Part shown: positions 30,901 through 40,441 of the stretch, piece after piece
Numbering within the stretch: the stretch's first letter is position 1
Layout: every line of letters starts with the position of its first letter
Assembly: GCA_964499955.1 (NCBI GenBank)
Contig: CAZCMI010000001.1
Coordinates: 39,485 to 103,484 of the forward strand
Direction of reading: 5' to 3'
DNA from: an uncultured Gammaproteobacteria bacterium
GTDB taxonomy: Bacteria; Patescibacteriota; Patescibacteriia; UBA9934; GWF2-40-263
Length of the DNA stretch: 64,000 nt
Position numbers and translations under genes: made by a program
The notes under the pieces: generated by a model
Seen by the model: the letters and a program-made list of their open reading frames with translations, nothing else
Database searches by the model: none
What the model was told of the DNA's origin: nothing

Positions 30901-31607
30901 CCACGGGCGCCCAGTCCGGGAACCGGATTTCCTTGAGCCTCATCGATGAGGACTTCGAGGCCCTGGGCGAATCGTCCGGGAACACGATCACGACGGTGAC
31001 CCCCGTGGCCGGCCGTGAACAGGTTCTGCGCAAGACCAAGCCCACCGTCTCGCTCGCGTCCGGTTCGCCGGCCGGGTTCCAGATCCCGGGCTTCAACGAA
31101 GTCTTGCTCTTCAACGTGACGGCGGACTCCCGCGGTTACGTGGATCTGAAGGAAGTGACCTTCCGCGTGACGTCTTCCAACAACGCGGAGGCCGGTACCT
31201 GGAACGAATGCGACGTGCTCGGTGACGCCGCCAAGTGGCAGATCTACAACAAGGCCGAGCCGTCCAACATCTTGGGCGACTGGGACTTCTACGATGTGGA
31301 CGGTGGCGAGTGCGATGGCGCGGCTCCGTTGGCCTACGCCAAGGTGACCTTCGCCGACGGTGCCTTCGGCACCGAAGAAATCGGTGCGGGTCAGACCAAG
31401 ACCTACGCTGTCCGCTTGGACACCACCGGTGCTTCCGCCGCCATGGACGACTCCATCCGCTTGGACATTCCGGCGGAAAACCAGCTGCCGGCTGGCGAAG
31501 TCGACCTGGACGGATCCCTCCTCTGGGGTGACGACAACACGGGTGTTGATGCCGACGGTGCGTACATCCGGAACCTCCCGGTTCTCGGTGGCACGATCGG
31601 CTACTAA
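27945..31607 (+). CDS. large secreted surface protein (~1220 aa) with N-terminal copy of the shared ~115-aa module
   Basis: Signal peptide (...APLTARAAAP), then YYYGQDGKRYAFPNEKTYFTWYADF...PLGGNVSYRPGSRWIKIESDPKTYAV, then >1000 aa of S/T/G/N-rich beta-type domains. Confidence 0.6.
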   Translation: MQSSLKTGKRALTSAVAAATMLWSVGFSSLVAPLTARAAAPGDLVRGTTLSTLYYYGQDGKRYAFPNEKTYFTWYADFSGVQTISDSELAAIPLGGNVSYRPGSRWIKIESDPKTYAVSPNGVLRWIETEEVATGLAGSDWNQFIDDVADVFFVDYTVGPSLTSAANAYNGALVRDTDGSYYVIQNNTKRLVTSDGFTANRLQTRNALDGSGINLSAINTGANLASREAAYSNPAQLPEQVQGGLTVSLASDSPASTTIAARAQGVVLAKFNLSSTNGATTVNSLTIKQGGLGSTNNVESVYLYEGNTRLTSGRTVNSASREVTFGTLNLALASGQTRTISVVADIADSETVNSGDTLFFEIESANKVVSGSTVGGNFPVRGASVSLSATEVGTLTLSKGGTITNPTLGQKQAVIGEFHLASSSEESVRLQRLRLTVDAASNHDNFNLFQNDVLVAVGTRSGSDTVDFIFTNQFEIAQGNNRIFQLKADIGGKSGDEIKVSVDESSDIYAIGTKYGFGVAVVDGSPAYRATGSSCANTGSSCSFSQIQGGKLTFAFNGPTASRFNLDQNGLVLMDLTVTSENEATIRHLAFSVTGADLIGEGTNRNYQNFRLVDKATGATVSGPVEMSGNDTEASVAFPDDWAMRAGESIDLQLLVDAKGGNAPYTVSNGETIRATFVAGSTQARDINNRDLNLGTDIVPNANLTGHLMTAQAASLTVAASQPPSSSTYVRGAQNVDMLGVSFQTGTASAVRVTAAAFGFGTDTEEEASSHITSCSIHDAASGALVDGPRSFSGAKVNFNGFNWTIPAGTTGKLIARCNFANLPADGDQWWLTLAKADITALDADGNTLTSITDAEVVNGGEDPAIYQTLNESGQLTVALDGSSPQANIILGASTGVTTSVFRFSTNNEPYIVKSLTLETCEAGYGCNEAVANAIRLSYTDKSGAARTATSSFSGGKVHFGDLDLYVPTTTHALATVSIDTNTVSSTGAQSGNRISLSLIDEDFEALGESSGNTITTVTPVAGREQVLRKTKPTVSLASGSPAGFQIPGFNEVLLFNVTADSRGYVDLKEVTFRVTSSNNAEAGTWNECDVLGDAAKWQIYNKAEPSNILGDWDFYDVDGGECDGAAPLAYAKVTFADGAFGTEEIGAGQTKTYAVRLDTTGASAAMDDSIRLDIPAENQLPAGEVDLDGSLLWGDDNTGVDADGAYIRNLPVLGGTIGY

Positions 31608-31668
31608 TCGCTTGGCGCAAGCCAATCGTTCGTAGCAACCGTTCGCTCACGTTCTCGTGAGAAACGCA

Positions 31669-31701
31669 AGCCCCGCCCTGTAAAGGGTGGGGCTTTGTGT
31701 T
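31669..31701 (+). terminator. rho-independent terminator (fused to the extended -10 of the next gene)
   Basis: agccccgcccTGTAAAgggtggggct followed by ttgtgtTATGCT. Confidence 0.6.
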
Positions 31702-31714
31702 ATGCTGAGGCGGT

Positions 31715-32416
31715 ATGAACCGTTCGACCTCCCGTTTTTCGCCGTTGATCGTCGTGCTCGCCCTGCTTGTCATTTTGGCAACGGCCGCCTATGCGTGGCG
31801 GCGCGCGCAGCCGTCCGTGCCCATTCTGCCGGTGCAGGAAGTCGTGGACCGCGGCATGACGGACGAAGACCGCGCCCGTTTTGAGGCCCGTTTGGCAGAC
31901 GCCGTGGCCCAGGCGGACGCCGCCGAAGAACGGGACGTCTTCCTGCTGTTGCAGGTGGGAAACGCGTATTACACCCTCGGGCGGTTGGGAGAAGCCGTCG
32001 CTGTGTACCAAGATATTCTCTCCATGAATCCCAACGACGCCCCAGCCTTGGAAAACATGGGCCAAACCCTGTTGGAAATGGGGAATTATCCGGCCGCGTT
32101 TGAGGCCTGGCAGCGCGCCGCCGCTGTTTCGCCCGATGAAACCACGTATATCCGCATGGCGGATTTGGTGCGGGACTACATGCCCGAATCCCGCGACGCC
32201 ATCCGGCTGTTGTTGGAAGCGGCCGTGGCGAACGTGGGCCAGACCTACGCCCTCATGGTCCGCCTGGGCGATTGGTACGCGGGGGAAGGGCAGTACGACC
32301 GCGCCGTCTCGCATTACGAAGTGGCTCTGCAGCTCCAGGACGACCCGCAGGCGCGCGCACGGATGGAAACGTACCGGCAGCGCATGTGGGAATCCGGAAC
32401 GGAAGCCGGGGAGTAG
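31715..32416 (+). CDS. TPR-repeat protein with N-terminal membrane anchor
   Basis: TM segment (PLIVVLALLVILATAAYAW), then a TPR-like AxxxYxxLG periodicity. Confidence 0.55.
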   Translation: MNRSTSRFSPLIVVLALLVILATAAYAWRRAQPSVPILPVQEVVDRGMTDEDRARFEARLADAVAQADAAEERDVFLLLQVGNAYYTLGRLGEAVAVYQDILSMNPNDAPALENMGQTLLEMGNYPAAFEAWQRAAAVSPDETTYIRMADLVRDYMPESRDAIRLLLEAAVANVGQTYALMVRLGDWYAGEGQYDRAVSHYEVALQLQDDPQARARMETYRQRMWESGTEAGE

Positions 32417-32476
32417 CGCGCAGGCATTCCAACTTATGGATAACGCAAAACGGATCGGACTTGCCGGTCCGTTTTG

Positions 32477-32485
32477 TGATATACT
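32477..32485 (+). promoter_or_regulatory. extended -10 promoter element TGaTATACT preceded by TTTTGT and a GC hairpin
   Basis: aacggatcggacttgccggtccgTTTTGTGATATACTgg. Confidence 0.45.
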
Positions 32486-32551
32486 GGCAACCGTACTAAA
32501 TCTTTTCGTCGTTTTGTTTCCGGCGGAGCGCTTCCGTCGTCCTTCCCCTGT

Positions 32552-35500
32552 ATGCATGTTTCCACCCGTTCCCCACGGGGCCGCAAGGTTCCCGTACGTG
32601 CCGCGTTCCTGGGTTTGGTTCTTGCGTTCGGCGCGCTCGTCGCCCCGCTCGCTCCTGCCCAGGCAGCTATCACGACACAAGAGGCCGTTTCATTGATTTC
32701 CGTCGATACCGGCATCGTGGAGAACAGCACGCCGGTGGCGGTGTTGGCGTTGAATCTTGCCGCATCCGCTGGGGAAACGCTTCGGGAGTTGACGCTTCAC
32801 GTCAATCATCCGAGTTGGTACGACGGCACCGTGGACGGCGGCCTGTTCGAATCACTCAACACGAGCGCGACATCCGGTTTGCATGTGTACGCGGACAACC
32901 AGTCCGTCGGTGTGAACGGGCGCTTCGACGCCGCCGATACCCTCGTTGCGGTGGACGGCATCATAGAAGATGGCTGGGGCGGATTCGGGTACGGGTATGG
33001 ATATGGGTACAGCACGGTCACCATCTCCTTTACGGCCGGCGTGCAAATTCCGCAGCACGACGGGCCCACGGCGGACCACCAATTCCGCGGGGCGGACTTT
33101 TTCGTGGTGATTCGCACCAACGACTTGTTTGACGGAGGGGATGCCATTCCGTTTACCGTTGAAATCCCCGCGTCAAACGCCATTGTGTATACGGGCGACG
33201 GTATCGACGGTGGAGACGCGGTACCGGGAAATATCAACCCTGTTGAAACGGGTGCCTTGTGGGGCGTTGATATCAGCCCGGGCGACACGTTCCAAACGGT
33301 TGAAACGGTCGACCGCGACGACAACGGTTTGCTTGATGCTATCCGTGTGACCTGGGGTGCCGGATTTGAGGAAGAATCCTGGGGATATGGTTATGGGTTC
33401 GGGTTGAACGACAATTTCTCGAGCATGACCGGTTCGGTGTCGGTCGTGGATGAAAGCGGCGAGGAAGACTACGCATACAACGTTTCCAGTATCAGGACCT
33501 GCTTGCCGGACGAAGACAACGCGTGCAGCCAGGGAAGCTATTACGACAACGTGTTCTACCTGTTGCTTGATGAGCGGGAGATTGCCACGCCAGACGTGTG
33601 GAATGCGCCGGATTCAGACCATCTTTGGTGGGGCGACACGGGCGTCACGCCGGTCGTAACGATGACGAATAATTCGACCCTGCGTGATGCGTCCATTGGG
33701 TTCCGCCAACCCGGCCCGCCGTATCCCGGCAACCCGGACATTACCTATGTTGCCAACCCGAACGATGAGGAAGAGCATGATTGGCGGGATGTCACCACCT
33801 ACAATCTTCCGGGCGGCGCGCTCGTGAGTTTGGATGGATTGGACGGAGAAGGAGCGGAAACGGACGATGACGCCCCGCCGGTGATGGTGCGGGCGGAAAC
33901 GGAAGACAACAACGGGAACGGCCACGTCGACACGCTCTTGGTCTACTTCAGCGAACCCGTGTATGTCACGGACGGGGAGAACTCGCCGAGCGGGTTCCCG
34001 GCCTTCATCAACGTGCAATCCGTCCCCGGCGGAACGCCGTACGTGATCCCGTCCGGCAACTACACGGCAACGGGCGTAGGGAATAGTGGCGTGTGGGAGG
34101 CGTCGTTCGATCTCACGGAGTCGGATGTGTTCGACACATCCGTCGTGCTTTCGTTCGAATACGACGACAGCCGCGTCAGCACCCACATTCGGGACGCCGC
34201 GGATCTCGATGTGCTTGAGCACACCATCCAGACCGTGGACCGCGCCGCGCCCGTCTTGGTGCACGCCACCACGCGCGACGGCAACGCGAACGGCTACCTG
34301 GACGGCGTCTACGTGGAATTTTCGGAGGAAATCTTCGTGGGGACCGTCGAAGGTGAGGACCTCTACGTTTATCACACCTACGAGCAGTTCTGCGTGGATG
34401 GGTACGAAGTGACCGGCATTACGGCCGCCTTCGGTGAAGGCATCGGGTTCGGGTACGGTTCGAAGCGGTATTTGCTGGACCTGGCGCCGGGCAACACGTG
34501 GGACACGGGCGTGACGCCGGATATCGATGTGGGCTGCGAGGAAGAAGCGTATGGCGTGTTCGACCTGCAGCATGAGGCAGATGTAACTGCGCACCTCGAT
34601 GATGAAGATTATGACGAACTGGAAGAGATCTTCGGGTTCTGGCGGAACGTGAACGACATGCAGTTTTTCGACGAAACCCTGGACCGCGCCAAGCCCATTC
34701 TGATGGAGGCGTCCACGTACGACATCGATGAAAACGGCTTCATCGACCGCCTGTGGTTGCGCTTCTCGGAACCCATTGGCGACGGCGACACGTGCGAAGC
34801 GGTTCCGGAGAATTTCTCCGTCGTGGACGGTGAATACACTTACGCGTCGGACGACGGCGATTGCGGTTGGGTGGACGATGAAGCGTGGGGATACGGCTAC
34901 GGCGATTATCTCCTGGAATTGGCGGAGCGGGATACGCCGGACACGGATGCCACGCCGTCCGTGACCATCGTGCTCGACGGGGAAGAGCTGGGCGTGTTCG
35001 ACCTGGTGGGCAATGAAAACGACGGCCAGTCCTTCGGCGCCGCCGAGGACCGCGCCGCCCCGCGCGTCTATCGCATCGATTATTTGGACGAAGTGGGAAC
35101 CGCGAACGGCCGCATCGATGCCATCGACCTGCATTTCTCGGAAACCGTCGTCGGCGGCTCGTCCGTCCTGCGGCGCCATCACGTGCGGTTGGCAGACGTC
35201 GGTGATTTTACCGGCGCCGTGGCGCATGGCAGCGACGCGGAGGACTTCTCCAACCTGTTCTCCGTCGGTTCGTATACGTCGCTGCAGGTGGATTTCAAGA
35301 CGGAAGCCACCGTGGTGGATACGCACGATGACAGCGGGGACTTCGAGGTCGCGTTCCGCTTCAACGTCGATGCGTTGGTGGGATATGGGTACGGCTACGG
35401 CTGGAACCTGCAGGACGGCGAAGGCAACGGCACGGGCGAGCGCTGTGACAGCTGGCCGTACGACTGCGGCCCGCTGTTCACGGAAGAAACGGAAGGCCAG

Positions 35501-38500
35501 GTAGAGGAAAACCTGGGCCACGCGGACGTGCAGGACCACGCCGCGCCGGTCGTCTTCTCGTCGGAAACCTTGGACGATGACGGCGACGGCTTCGTGGACA
35601 CCATGGTCGTGGTTTGGTCCGAAGTGTTGGATGAAACCGAAACCAACCTCAAGTTGGCGGGATCGTTCGACCTGGAAGACGAACAGTACCCCGACTTCAC
35701 CCTGGTGAGCGTCGTGCGGGCAGATGACAATGCCTACGTCATTGAAGAAGGGGAACCGGACGTGACGGATCCCCGCACGGTCACGACCTTCACCATCGAA
35801 GCGTCCGAAATCGACGCATCGAACGAATACGGCGACACGGACGCCGAGATCGAAATTTCCTTGAAGAGCGACCAAAACGTCAACGACCCGGACGACAACA
35901 CGCACACGAGCGGGACGTTCCCGGCGTTTACGTCCGCGGACCGCGCCTTGCCCACGTTGTGCACGTCCGACCGGGAAGGGACGAAGTGCGATGAAAACCG
36001 CCAGTTCTTGGACAACGACGAAAACGGCAACGTGGACCAGGTGGCCCTGATATTCTCCGAGCCCATCCGGGCCCTCGGCGACAGCGGCGGCGTGGTTGCC
36101 GGTTCGTTCGCCGTCTCCATGGACGACGACGGCCCGCTTTACACGGCGGTCACGGGTGTGTCGCATGGAGGCGGCACGCGGGACGTGACGCTGACCTTGG
36201 AAGAATTCGGCGACTTCTTGACGAACCCGTTGGAAGGCGACACGGGGAAAGAGTACGACGTGTCCTTCGGCTACGGGTACGGCAGCCCCGTCACCCCGTT
36301 GACCCTCTTCGAAGACATGGCCGGCAACGAGCAGGACGAAGAAGGCCTCCTGTTCGACCTGCAGGACTACGCCGCGCCCGCCATGGGCTACGGCTTCACC
36401 CGCGACGCCGACTGGAACGGCAAGATCGACGGCGTATGCGTGCCGTTCTCCGAACTGCTGGATCCGGACACGGTGTATTTCGAAGAAGATCCGGAATACG
36501 GTTTCGACTTCGAGGTGGACGGGTATGCGGTTGCCAGCGTGTCGGCACCGAACGTGGAAGGTGCCTGTCAGAGCGCGGTGCATTATCTGATCGACCTGAC
36601 GGAAGGCAGCACGCCTGATACGGACGCCACGCCGGACGTGTCCATTCAGGAAGATTACGAGTTCTTGGATGACGCCGGAAACGTGTTTGACGCGGATTCG
36701 TTCACGGCCGGTCCGTTGGCCGCCGCGGACGGCGCGGCCCCGGCCATCGTCTCCTTCACCTACCTGGACACGGACGTTCCGCGCGACGGCCGCATCGACA
36801 CGATGCGCGTGACGTTCTCGGAACCGGCGGTCGCGGCGTCCGTGCTGCGCGCGGCGGACCTCTCCTTCGACGACGTGGGCGACTTCACCGGCGCCGCGTT
36901 CGGCGGAAGCACCGCGGACCTCGTCGCGGAAACGGTTTCCTCCGTGGACGTGCCGCTCGGCACCGAAGCCACGGTGGTCGACACGCATGAGGATTCCGGC
37001 GACATCGCCGTCGACACGCTGTCCGGCTCCTTCGTCCTGCAGGACGCGGCCGGCAACACCACGACCCAGACGGCGGACGTCTTCGGCAGCGAGGTCGTGT
37101 TCGGCACGGTGAGCCACGCCACGTTCTTGGACGGCGCGGCCCCGGTCATCAAGTCCTTCACCTACCTGGACGAGGATGCCGACGGCAAGATCGACGCGTT
37201 CACCGTGGTCTTCTCGGAAGAAGTGACGGACGAATCCGTCCTGCGCCGCAACGACCTGGACTTCGCCTACGGCTACGGGTACGGCGACTTCGCCGGTGCC
37301 GCGTTCGGCGCCGGAGACAACGTGATTACCACGGCGTCGGCGACCGTGAAGGTGACGCTCGGCACGGAAGCCACGGCGGTGGACACGCACGACGACAGCG
37401 GCGACCTGTCCATCGAAACCCAGGGCGACTTCTCCCTGAAGGACGCGGCCGGCAATGAAAACGACGGCCATTACGTCCAAAACCAGGCCGATTACCTGGA
37501 CGGCGCGGCCCCGGCCATCTTCTCCTTCACCTACCGCGACGTGAACGTGGACGGCCGCATCGACGCCATCCGCGTGACGTTCACGGAAGAGGTCGTCGCC
37601 GGCTCGTCGCTGGCCGCCGCGGACCTCTCGCTCACCAACGTGGGCGCCTTCACCGGCGCGTCCTTCGGCTACGGATACGGCTACGGCTCCACGGCGAACC
37701 TGCTGGCGGACCTCGTCGATCCCGCCGCCAACGTCTCCGTGCCGCTCGGCACGCACGCGACGGTGGTCGACACGCACGATGATTCCGGCGACCTTGCCAT
37801 TTCGACCGTTTCCAACGGCGCCTTCCTCCTGAAGGACGCGGACGGGAACGAGACGGACGACGGACTCGTGTTCCGCGCCCAGACGCAAGCCGTCTTCGTG
37901 GACGGCGCGGCCCCGGTCATCAAAGCCTTCACCTACCTGGATGAAGACGGCGACGGCCGCATCGACGCCTTCGGCGTGGACTTCTCCGAAACGGTCGTCC
38001 AGCACGCCCAGTCCGTCCTGTGCCCGAACGACCTGCAACTGACCAGCGTCGGCGCCTTCACCGGCGCGGACTTCGGGGATTGCGACGGCAACACGATCAC
38101 GGAAGACACGGCGAACGTGGTCGTGGATCTCGGCACGCCCGCCACGGTCATCACCACCTACACGGCGCCGGATTCCCTCGCCATCTCCACGAAGGAAGCG
38201 TTCTCCCTGCGCGACGACGCCGGAAACGTGAACAGCACGCTCGGCGCCCAGGCGCAGGCGACGTTCGCGGACGGCGCCCGCCCGATCTTCGTCTCCGCCA
38301 CCACCAAGGACCTGAACAAGGACGGCACGGTGGACGCCGTGCACCTGGTCTTCTCGGAGTCGGTGGACGTTACGAACGGCGGGGAAGCGACGAACGTCCC
38401 GACCATGACCCTGTCCGCTTCCACGGGTACGGCGGCGTTCAACAACGTGGAAGACGCGTCCTTTGAGGGCGTTGCGGAACTTACCCTGGGTGTGACCGTC

Positions 38501-39739
38501 AGTTCGACGGCCAACACGGCCTTGATTCTCAGCCCGGTCTACGTCCTGGCTGGCGACGGCAGCATCAAAGACGCCGCCGACAACGAAATGCTCGATGAGA
38601 AAACCGTCACGGGCATCGACGGCGCCCGCCCGGTGATCGTGTTCCGCGATCCTACCTCGAACACCACGGGTACGACCTTGGACAAGTCGCTGGTCATCAC
38701 GTTCTCGGAACCGATGAACAAGACGGACGTGCAGAACGACTTCTCGCTGAACCCCGGCGCCGGCACGCTCTCCTTCAACTGGTCGGAGGAAGACCGGACG
38801 GTGACCATTTCCCACCAGCTGTTGTTCCAGCGCGGCACCAACTACCACATCGCGTTCAACGATGAACCGGCCTCGGCCGCGAACGGTTCCAACGGCGTGG
38901 TGGACGACACGTTGGAAGACATTACCTGGTCGTTCGTCTCCCTGCCGCAAGACCACCATCAGAACGTCAGCAGTGGCGGTGGCGGCGGCGGAGGAGGAGG
39001 AGGTTTCGTCGCGGCCGCGTCCTGCACCCTTGTTTCCCCGACGGGCGGCATGGCGGTGATGCAGGGCCAGACCCTGTCTGTCGCTTGGCAGTCCAGCGGC
39101 AGTGGCATCTCGAACGTGCAGATCGCCTACTCCACGGACGGCGGCGTGAGCTGGCAGCCGGTCGCCAGCAACGCGCCGAACACGGGCTCCCACGCCTGGA
39201 CGGTAAACGCGCCGGTGTCCGCGAACGTCCTCGTGCGCGTGGACTGCCGCGACGCCAACGGCGGCAACCTGGCCACGGCCACGTCGTCCCCGTTCTCGGT
39301 GACGGAGGGTCAAGCGGGCCTGATTACGCCCAACTCGCCGTTCTACGCGACGCCGGCCCACCCCGTTGGGTCGCTCGTCAAGGCCGTGGGCATGCCGGCC
39401 GTCTACTACGTGGACGCCGACGCCACCCGCCGGCCGTTCTGGAACGAGCAGATCTTCCTCACGTGGTTCGAGAACTTCGACACCGTGATCGAACTGCCGC
39501 TGGAAGAGATTTCGAAGTACAAGATGGGCAAGCCGATGCTGCCGCAGCCCGGCACGCTGCTCATCAAGATCCAGACGGACCCGAAGACGTACTGGATCGA
39601 CCCGGCCACGGGCATGGCCCGCTGGCTGACGTCGGAGGACGCCGCGCTGCGCGTGGTGGGACCTGATTGGAACACGCGGGTCATCGACATCGACCCGACC
39701 ATGTGGGCCTCCATCGCCTTCGGCCCGGACGTTGAGTAA
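32552..39739 (+). CDS. giant secreted surface protein (2395 aa): tandem Ca-binding-like repeats, GY-repeat linkers, poly-Gly hinge, Ig-like domain, shared C-terminal module
   Basis: Signal peptide (...LVAPLAPAQAA). At least 14 tandem ~130-aa modules carry DxDxNGxIDxxxVxFSExV. There are nine (GY)n inserts and a G11 run before an Ig-like domain (LSVAWQSSGSGISNVQIAYSTDGGVSWQPV). The C-terminus reads PAVYYVDADATRRPFWNEQIFLTWFENF...LLIKIQTDPKTYWI. Confidence 0.7.
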   Translation: MHVSTRSPRGRKVPVRAAFLGLVLAFGALVAPLAPAQAAITTQEAVSLISVDTGIVENSTPVAVLALNLAASAGETLRELTLHVNHPSWYDGTVDGGLFESLNTSATSGLHVYADNQSVGVNGRFDAADTLVAVDGIIEDGWGGFGYGYGYGYSTVTISFTAGVQIPQHDGPTADHQFRGADFFVVIRTNDLFDGGDAIPFTVEIPASNAIVYTGDGIDGGDAVPGNINPVETGALWGVDISPGDTFQTVETVDRDDNGLLDAIRVTWGAGFEEESWGYGYGFGLNDNFSSMTGSVSVVDESGEEDYAYNVSSIRTCLPDEDNACSQGSYYDNVFYLLLDEREIATPDVWNAPDSDHLWWGDTGVTPVVTMTNNSTLRDASIGFRQPGPPYPGNPDITYVANPNDEEEHDWRDVTTYNLPGGALVSLDGLDGEGAETDDDAPPVMVRAETEDNNGNGHVDTLLVYFSEPVYVTDGENSPSGFPAFINVQSVPGGTPYVIPSGNYTATGVGNSGVWEASFDLTESDVFDTSVVLSFEYDDSRVSTHIRDAADLDVLEHTIQTVDRAAPVLVHATTRDGNANGYLDGVYVEFSEEIFVGTVEGEDLYVYHTYEQFCVDGYEVTGITAAFGEGIGFGYGSKRYLLDLAPGNTWDTGVTPDIDVGCEEEAYGVFDLQHEADVTAHLDDEDYDELEEIFGFWRNVNDMQFFDETLDRAKPILMEASTYDIDENGFIDRLWLRFSEPIGDGDTCEAVPENFSVVDGEYTYASDDGDCGWVDDEAWGYGYGDYLLELAERDTPDTDATPSVTIVLDGEELGVFDLVGNENDGQSFGAAEDRAAPRVYRIDYLDEVGTANGRIDAIDLHFSETVVGGSSVLRRHHVRLADVGDFTGAVAHGSDAEDFSNLFSVGSYTSLQVDFKTEATVVDTHDDSGDFEVAFRFNVDALVGYGYGYGWNLQDGEGNGTGERCDSWPYDCGPLFTEETEGQVEENLGHADVQDHAAPVVFSSETLDDDGDGFVDTMVVVWSEVLDETETNLKLAGSFDLEDEQYPDFTLVSVVRADDNAYVIEEGEPDVTDPRTVTTFTIEASEIDASNEYGDTDAEIEISLKSDQNVNDPDDNTHTSGTFPAFTSADRALPTLCTSDREGTKCDENRQFLDNDENGNVDQVALIFSEPIRALGDSGGVVAGSFAVSMDDDGPLYTAVTGVSHGGGTRDVTLTLEEFGDFLTNPLEGDTGKEYDVSFGYGYGSPVTPLTLFEDMAGNEQDEEGLLFDLQDYAAPAMGYGFTRDADWNGKIDGVCVPFSELLDPDTVYFEEDPEYGFDFEVDGYAVASVSAPNVEGACQSAVHYLIDLTEGSTPDTDATPDVSIQEDYEFLDDAGNVFDADSFTAGPLAAADGAAPAIVSFTYLDTDVPRDGRIDTMRVTFSEPAVAASVLRAADLSFDDVGDFTGAAFGGSTADLVAETVSSVDVPLGTEATVVDTHEDSGDIAVDTLSGSFVLQDAAGNTTTQTADVFGSEVVFGTVSHATFLDGAAPVIKSFTYLDEDADGKIDAFTVVFSEEVTDESVLRRNDLDFAYGYGYGDFAGAAFGAGDNVITTASATVKVTLGTEATAVDTHDDSGDLSIETQGDFSLKDAAGNENDGHYVQNQADYLDGAAPAIFSFTYRDVNVDGRIDAIRVTFTEEVVAGSSLAAADLSLTNVGAFTGASFGYGYGYGSTANLLADLVDPAANVSVPLGTHATVVDTHDDSGDLAISTVSNGAFLLKDADGNETDDGLVFRAQTQAVFVDGAAPVIKAFTYLDEDGDGRIDAFGVDFSETVVQHAQSVLCPNDLQLTSVGAFTGADFGDCDGNTITEDTANVVVDLGTPATVITTYTAPDSLAISTKEAFSLRDDAGNVNSTLGAQAQATFADGARPIFVSATTKDLNKDGTVDAVHLVFSESVDVTNGGEATNVPTMTLSASTGTAAFNNVEDASFEGVAELTLGVTVSSTANTALILSPVYVLAGDGSIKDAADNEMLDEKTVTGIDGARPVIVFRDPTSNTTGTTLDKSLVITFSEPMNKTDVQNDFSLNPGAGTLSFNWSEEDRTVTISHQLLFQRGTNYHIAFNDEPASAANGSNGVVDDTLEDITWSFVSLPQDHHQNVSSGGGGGGGGGGFVAAASCTLVSPTGGMAVMQGQTLSVAWQSSGSGISNVQIAYSTDGGVSWQPVASNAPNTGSHAWTVNAPVSANVLVRVDCRDANGGNLATATSSPFSVTEGQAGLITPNSPFYATPAHPVGSLVKAVGMPAVYYVDADATRRPFWNEQIFLTWFENFDTVIELPLEEISKYKMGKPMLPQPGTLLIKIQTDPKTYWIDPATGMARWLTSEDAALRVVGPDWNTRVIDIDPTMWASIAFGPDVE
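33300..38700 (+). repeat. intragenic tandem repeat array (period ~390-450 nt) with near-identical DNA copies in the 3' part
   Basis: Example: ggacggcgcggccccggtcatcaa(g/a)(t/g)ccttcacctacctgga at ~37128 and ~37898. The modules begin DGAAPxIxSFTYLDxDxDGRID. Confidence 0.6.
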
Positions 39740-39768
39740 CGGACGAGCCGCAAAAGACGGACGCGCGG

Positions 39769-39805
39769 AACCCCCTGCCTCCCCCGGCGGGGGTTTCGTT
39801 TTCCC
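39769..39805 (+). terminator. rho-independent terminator after the giant gene
   Basis: aaccccctgcctcccccggcgggggtttcgtttt. Confidence 0.55.
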
Positions 39806-39831
39806 CGCGGTCGTGGCACGATATGGGGCAT

Positions 39832-40368
39832 ATGCGCATGCCCCTTCTCGTTTTTACCGCCGTGTTGTCGCTTGTATTCGCCGGGTTTGGCTGCCGGCGC
39901 GCGCCGGAGCCGTTGCCGCCCGTTACCGAACCGGTGGTGCGGGACGGCGCGTTGCAGGCGCCGGTTTTCACCGTGGCGTTGCCGCGCGGCGTGGAAGGAT
40001 GGATCGAAGAGCGAGGGCAGGAGGAAGGGGACGGCGGCATCACCGTCGCCCGGCTGCAGAATTTCCCCCGTCAGGACGGCATGGAACGGGGGCGGTGGTT
40101 CGCCATCGTGCGTGTGGGCGGCCAGACGGAGCAAGCCGCGTTCCGTGCCGCCTACGCCACGGCGCGCGCGGGCATGTTGGGCGGTTCCTCGGCCGTGGTG
40201 GGGGAGGGCGTCCTGCCCGATGACGAAGCCGCCGCGGGCGCGGGCGCCGCGCGGGGATACCTCGTTTCCCGTGCCGACGGCGCGGTGACGGACGTCCGTA
40301 TGTACGCCTTCAACGACGCCGCCTTGGCGGAAGCCGACGCCGTGGTGCAGAGCATTGTGTGGCGCTAA
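39832..40368 (+). CDS. hypothetical lipoprotein
   Basis: Signal peptide with FAGFGC, a lipobox-like motif. No recognised domain. The start is ambiguous (39823, 39832 or 39838). Confidence 0.35.
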   Translation: MRMPLLVFTAVLSLVFAGFGCRRAPEPLPPVTEPVVRDGALQAPVFTVALPRGVEGWIEERGQEEGDGGITVARLQNFPRQDGMERGRWFAIVRVGGQTEQAAFRAAYATARAGMLGGSSAVVGEGVLPDDEAAAGAGAARGYLVSRADGAVTDVRMYAFNDAALAEADAVVQSIVWR

Positions 40369-40441
40369 GGCGCAGGGCCGGTTCGTTGCCCGCCGGTCCT
40401 GTTTCGTGATAGAAAAGCGTATCGAATGGCCTGCGTTTCCT

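Noticed and set aside
38979-39005. ggcggn simple repeats, also at 45232-45255 and 47762-47790, considered as possible CRISPR or other repeat elements.
   Set aside because: They are in-frame poly-Gly codon runs inside CDSs. There is no spacer-repeat periodicity and there are no cas genes.
33614-39361. A 1915-aa minus-strand ORF antisense to the giant surface gene. Similar long antisense ORFs are at 2592-5108, 5329-6945, 17736-20453, 27909-31625, 42000-43682, 44875-46416, 46996-48858 and 60063-63356.
   Set aside because: They are high-GC artefacts with Arg/Gly/Pro/His-rich low-complexity translations and no motifs. In every case the + strand carries a recognisable protein (FtsZ, Pyk, the Cys-repeat protein, the signal-peptide surface proteins, GTs, RfbB).
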